Origin: Hormiphora californensis
Lineage: Eukaryota > Animalia > Ctenophora
DNA: 64,000 nt
NCBI GenBank assembly: GCA_020137815.1
Contig: CM035355.1
Coordinates: 6,510,001-6,574,000 of the forward strand
Direction of reading: 5' to 3'
The notes under the pieces are model-generated. The model worked only from the letters and a program-made list of their open reading frames with translations, was not told where the DNA came from and did not search any database. Both the position numbers and the translations under genes were made by a program. Shown piece after piece: positions 63,041-64,000 of this stretch; positions within the stretch are counted from its first letter, which is position 1; each line of letters starts with the position of its first letter.

Positions 63041-64000
63041 CAGCGCCCTGCCATGCCAATGCTCTGTCTGGCGGCGTCCTATCAGGCCAATACTCTGTCT
63101 GGCGCTGTCTGGCGGCGCCAGACCCCAATTTGATTCTCAGTGCGCTCAGATGGGTCGCGGCGCCAGACAGGTCTGGCGGCGCCCTATCAGGCCAATGCTC
63201 TGTCTGGCGGCGTCATGTCAGGCCAATACTCTGTCTGGCGGCGCCCTGTCAGGCCAATGCTCCGTCTGGCGGCGCCCTGTCAGAACAATGCTCTGTCTGG
63301 CGGCGCCCTATCAGGCCAATGCTCTGTTTGGCGGCGTCCTGTCAGGCCAATGCTCTGTCTGGTGGCGTCCTGTCAGGCCAATGCCCTGTCTGGCGGCGCC
63401 CTGTCAGGCCAATGCTCTGTCTGGTGGCGTCCTGTCAGGCCAATGCCCTGTCTGGCGGCGTCCTGTCAAGCCAATGCTCTGTCTGGCGGCGCCCTATCAG
63501 GCCAATGCTCTGTCTGGCGGCGTCCTGTTATGCCAATGCTCTGTCTGGCGGCGTCCTGTCAGGCCAATGCTCTGTCTGGCGGCGTCCTGTCAGGCCAATG
63601 CTCTGTCTGGTGGCGTCCTGTCAGGCCAATGGTCCGTCTGGCGGCGCCCTATCAGGCCAATGCTCTGTCTGGCGGCGTCCTGTCAGAACAATGCTCTGTC
63701 TGGCGGCGCCCTGTCAGGCCAATGCTCTGTCTGGTGGCGTCCTGTCAGGCCAATGCCCTGTCTGGCGGCGCCCTGTCAGGCCAATGCACTGTCTGGCGGC
63801 GTCCTGTCAAGCCAATGCTTTGTCTGGTGGCGCCCTATCAGGCCAATGCTCTGTCTGGCGGCGCCCTGTCAGAACAATGCTCTGTCTGGTGGCGCCCTAT
63901 CAGGTCAATGCTCTGTCTGGCGGCGCCCTCTCAGGCCAATGCTCTGTTTGGAGGCGTCCTGTCAGGCCAATGCTCTGTCTGGCCAATGCTCTGTCTGGCG
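63041..64000. repeat. 30-bp tandem satellite (tcaggccaatgctctgtctggcggcgyccctg-like), running off the window
   Basis: About 28 slightly divergent tandem units. Confidence 0.95.

Noticed and set aside
63041-64000. Regular 30-bp repeats resembling a CRISPR array
   Set aside because: Head-to-tail units with no unique spacers, no cas genes, and a eukaryotic context.

Overview
Gene-dense, intron-containing animal DNA, not prokaryotic. Short introns, nested intronic genes, abundant (GA)n tracts and MITEs, and divergent metazoan genes suggest an early-branching metazoan, possibly a ctenophore; this is inference only. From left to right: FAM21/WASHC2 (+, begins upstream of the window); ATAD5/ELG1 (-) with two antisense intronless genes nested in consecutive introns; an intronless astacin-EGF-LDLa-MAM protease; a frameshifted BTB gene; a CRE-like RT/RLE retrotransposon inserted inside the terminal inverted repeat of a DNA element; a CR1/L2-type ORF1; an iRhom-architecture rhomboid; UBFD1; a PIM-like pseudokinase; PPT2-like thioesterase; a DEG/ENaC channel; and a tight RPSA-RPS15A cluster followed by an apparently non-coding snoRNA host gene, then a 30-bp satellite. 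The two strongest observations: (1) the iRhom-type protein keeps a complete rhomboid catalytic dyad (GASG serine plus TM6 His) where bilaterian iRhoms have the inactive GPx motif; (2) a GAS5/UHG-style host gene with about 11 box C/D snoRNAs (SNORD65-, 44-, 35 x3-, 32/51- and 41-like) sits directly downstream of two ribosomal-protein genes, possibly as one operon. Gene models were spliced by eye and homologue assignments come from recalled motifs, not database searches.
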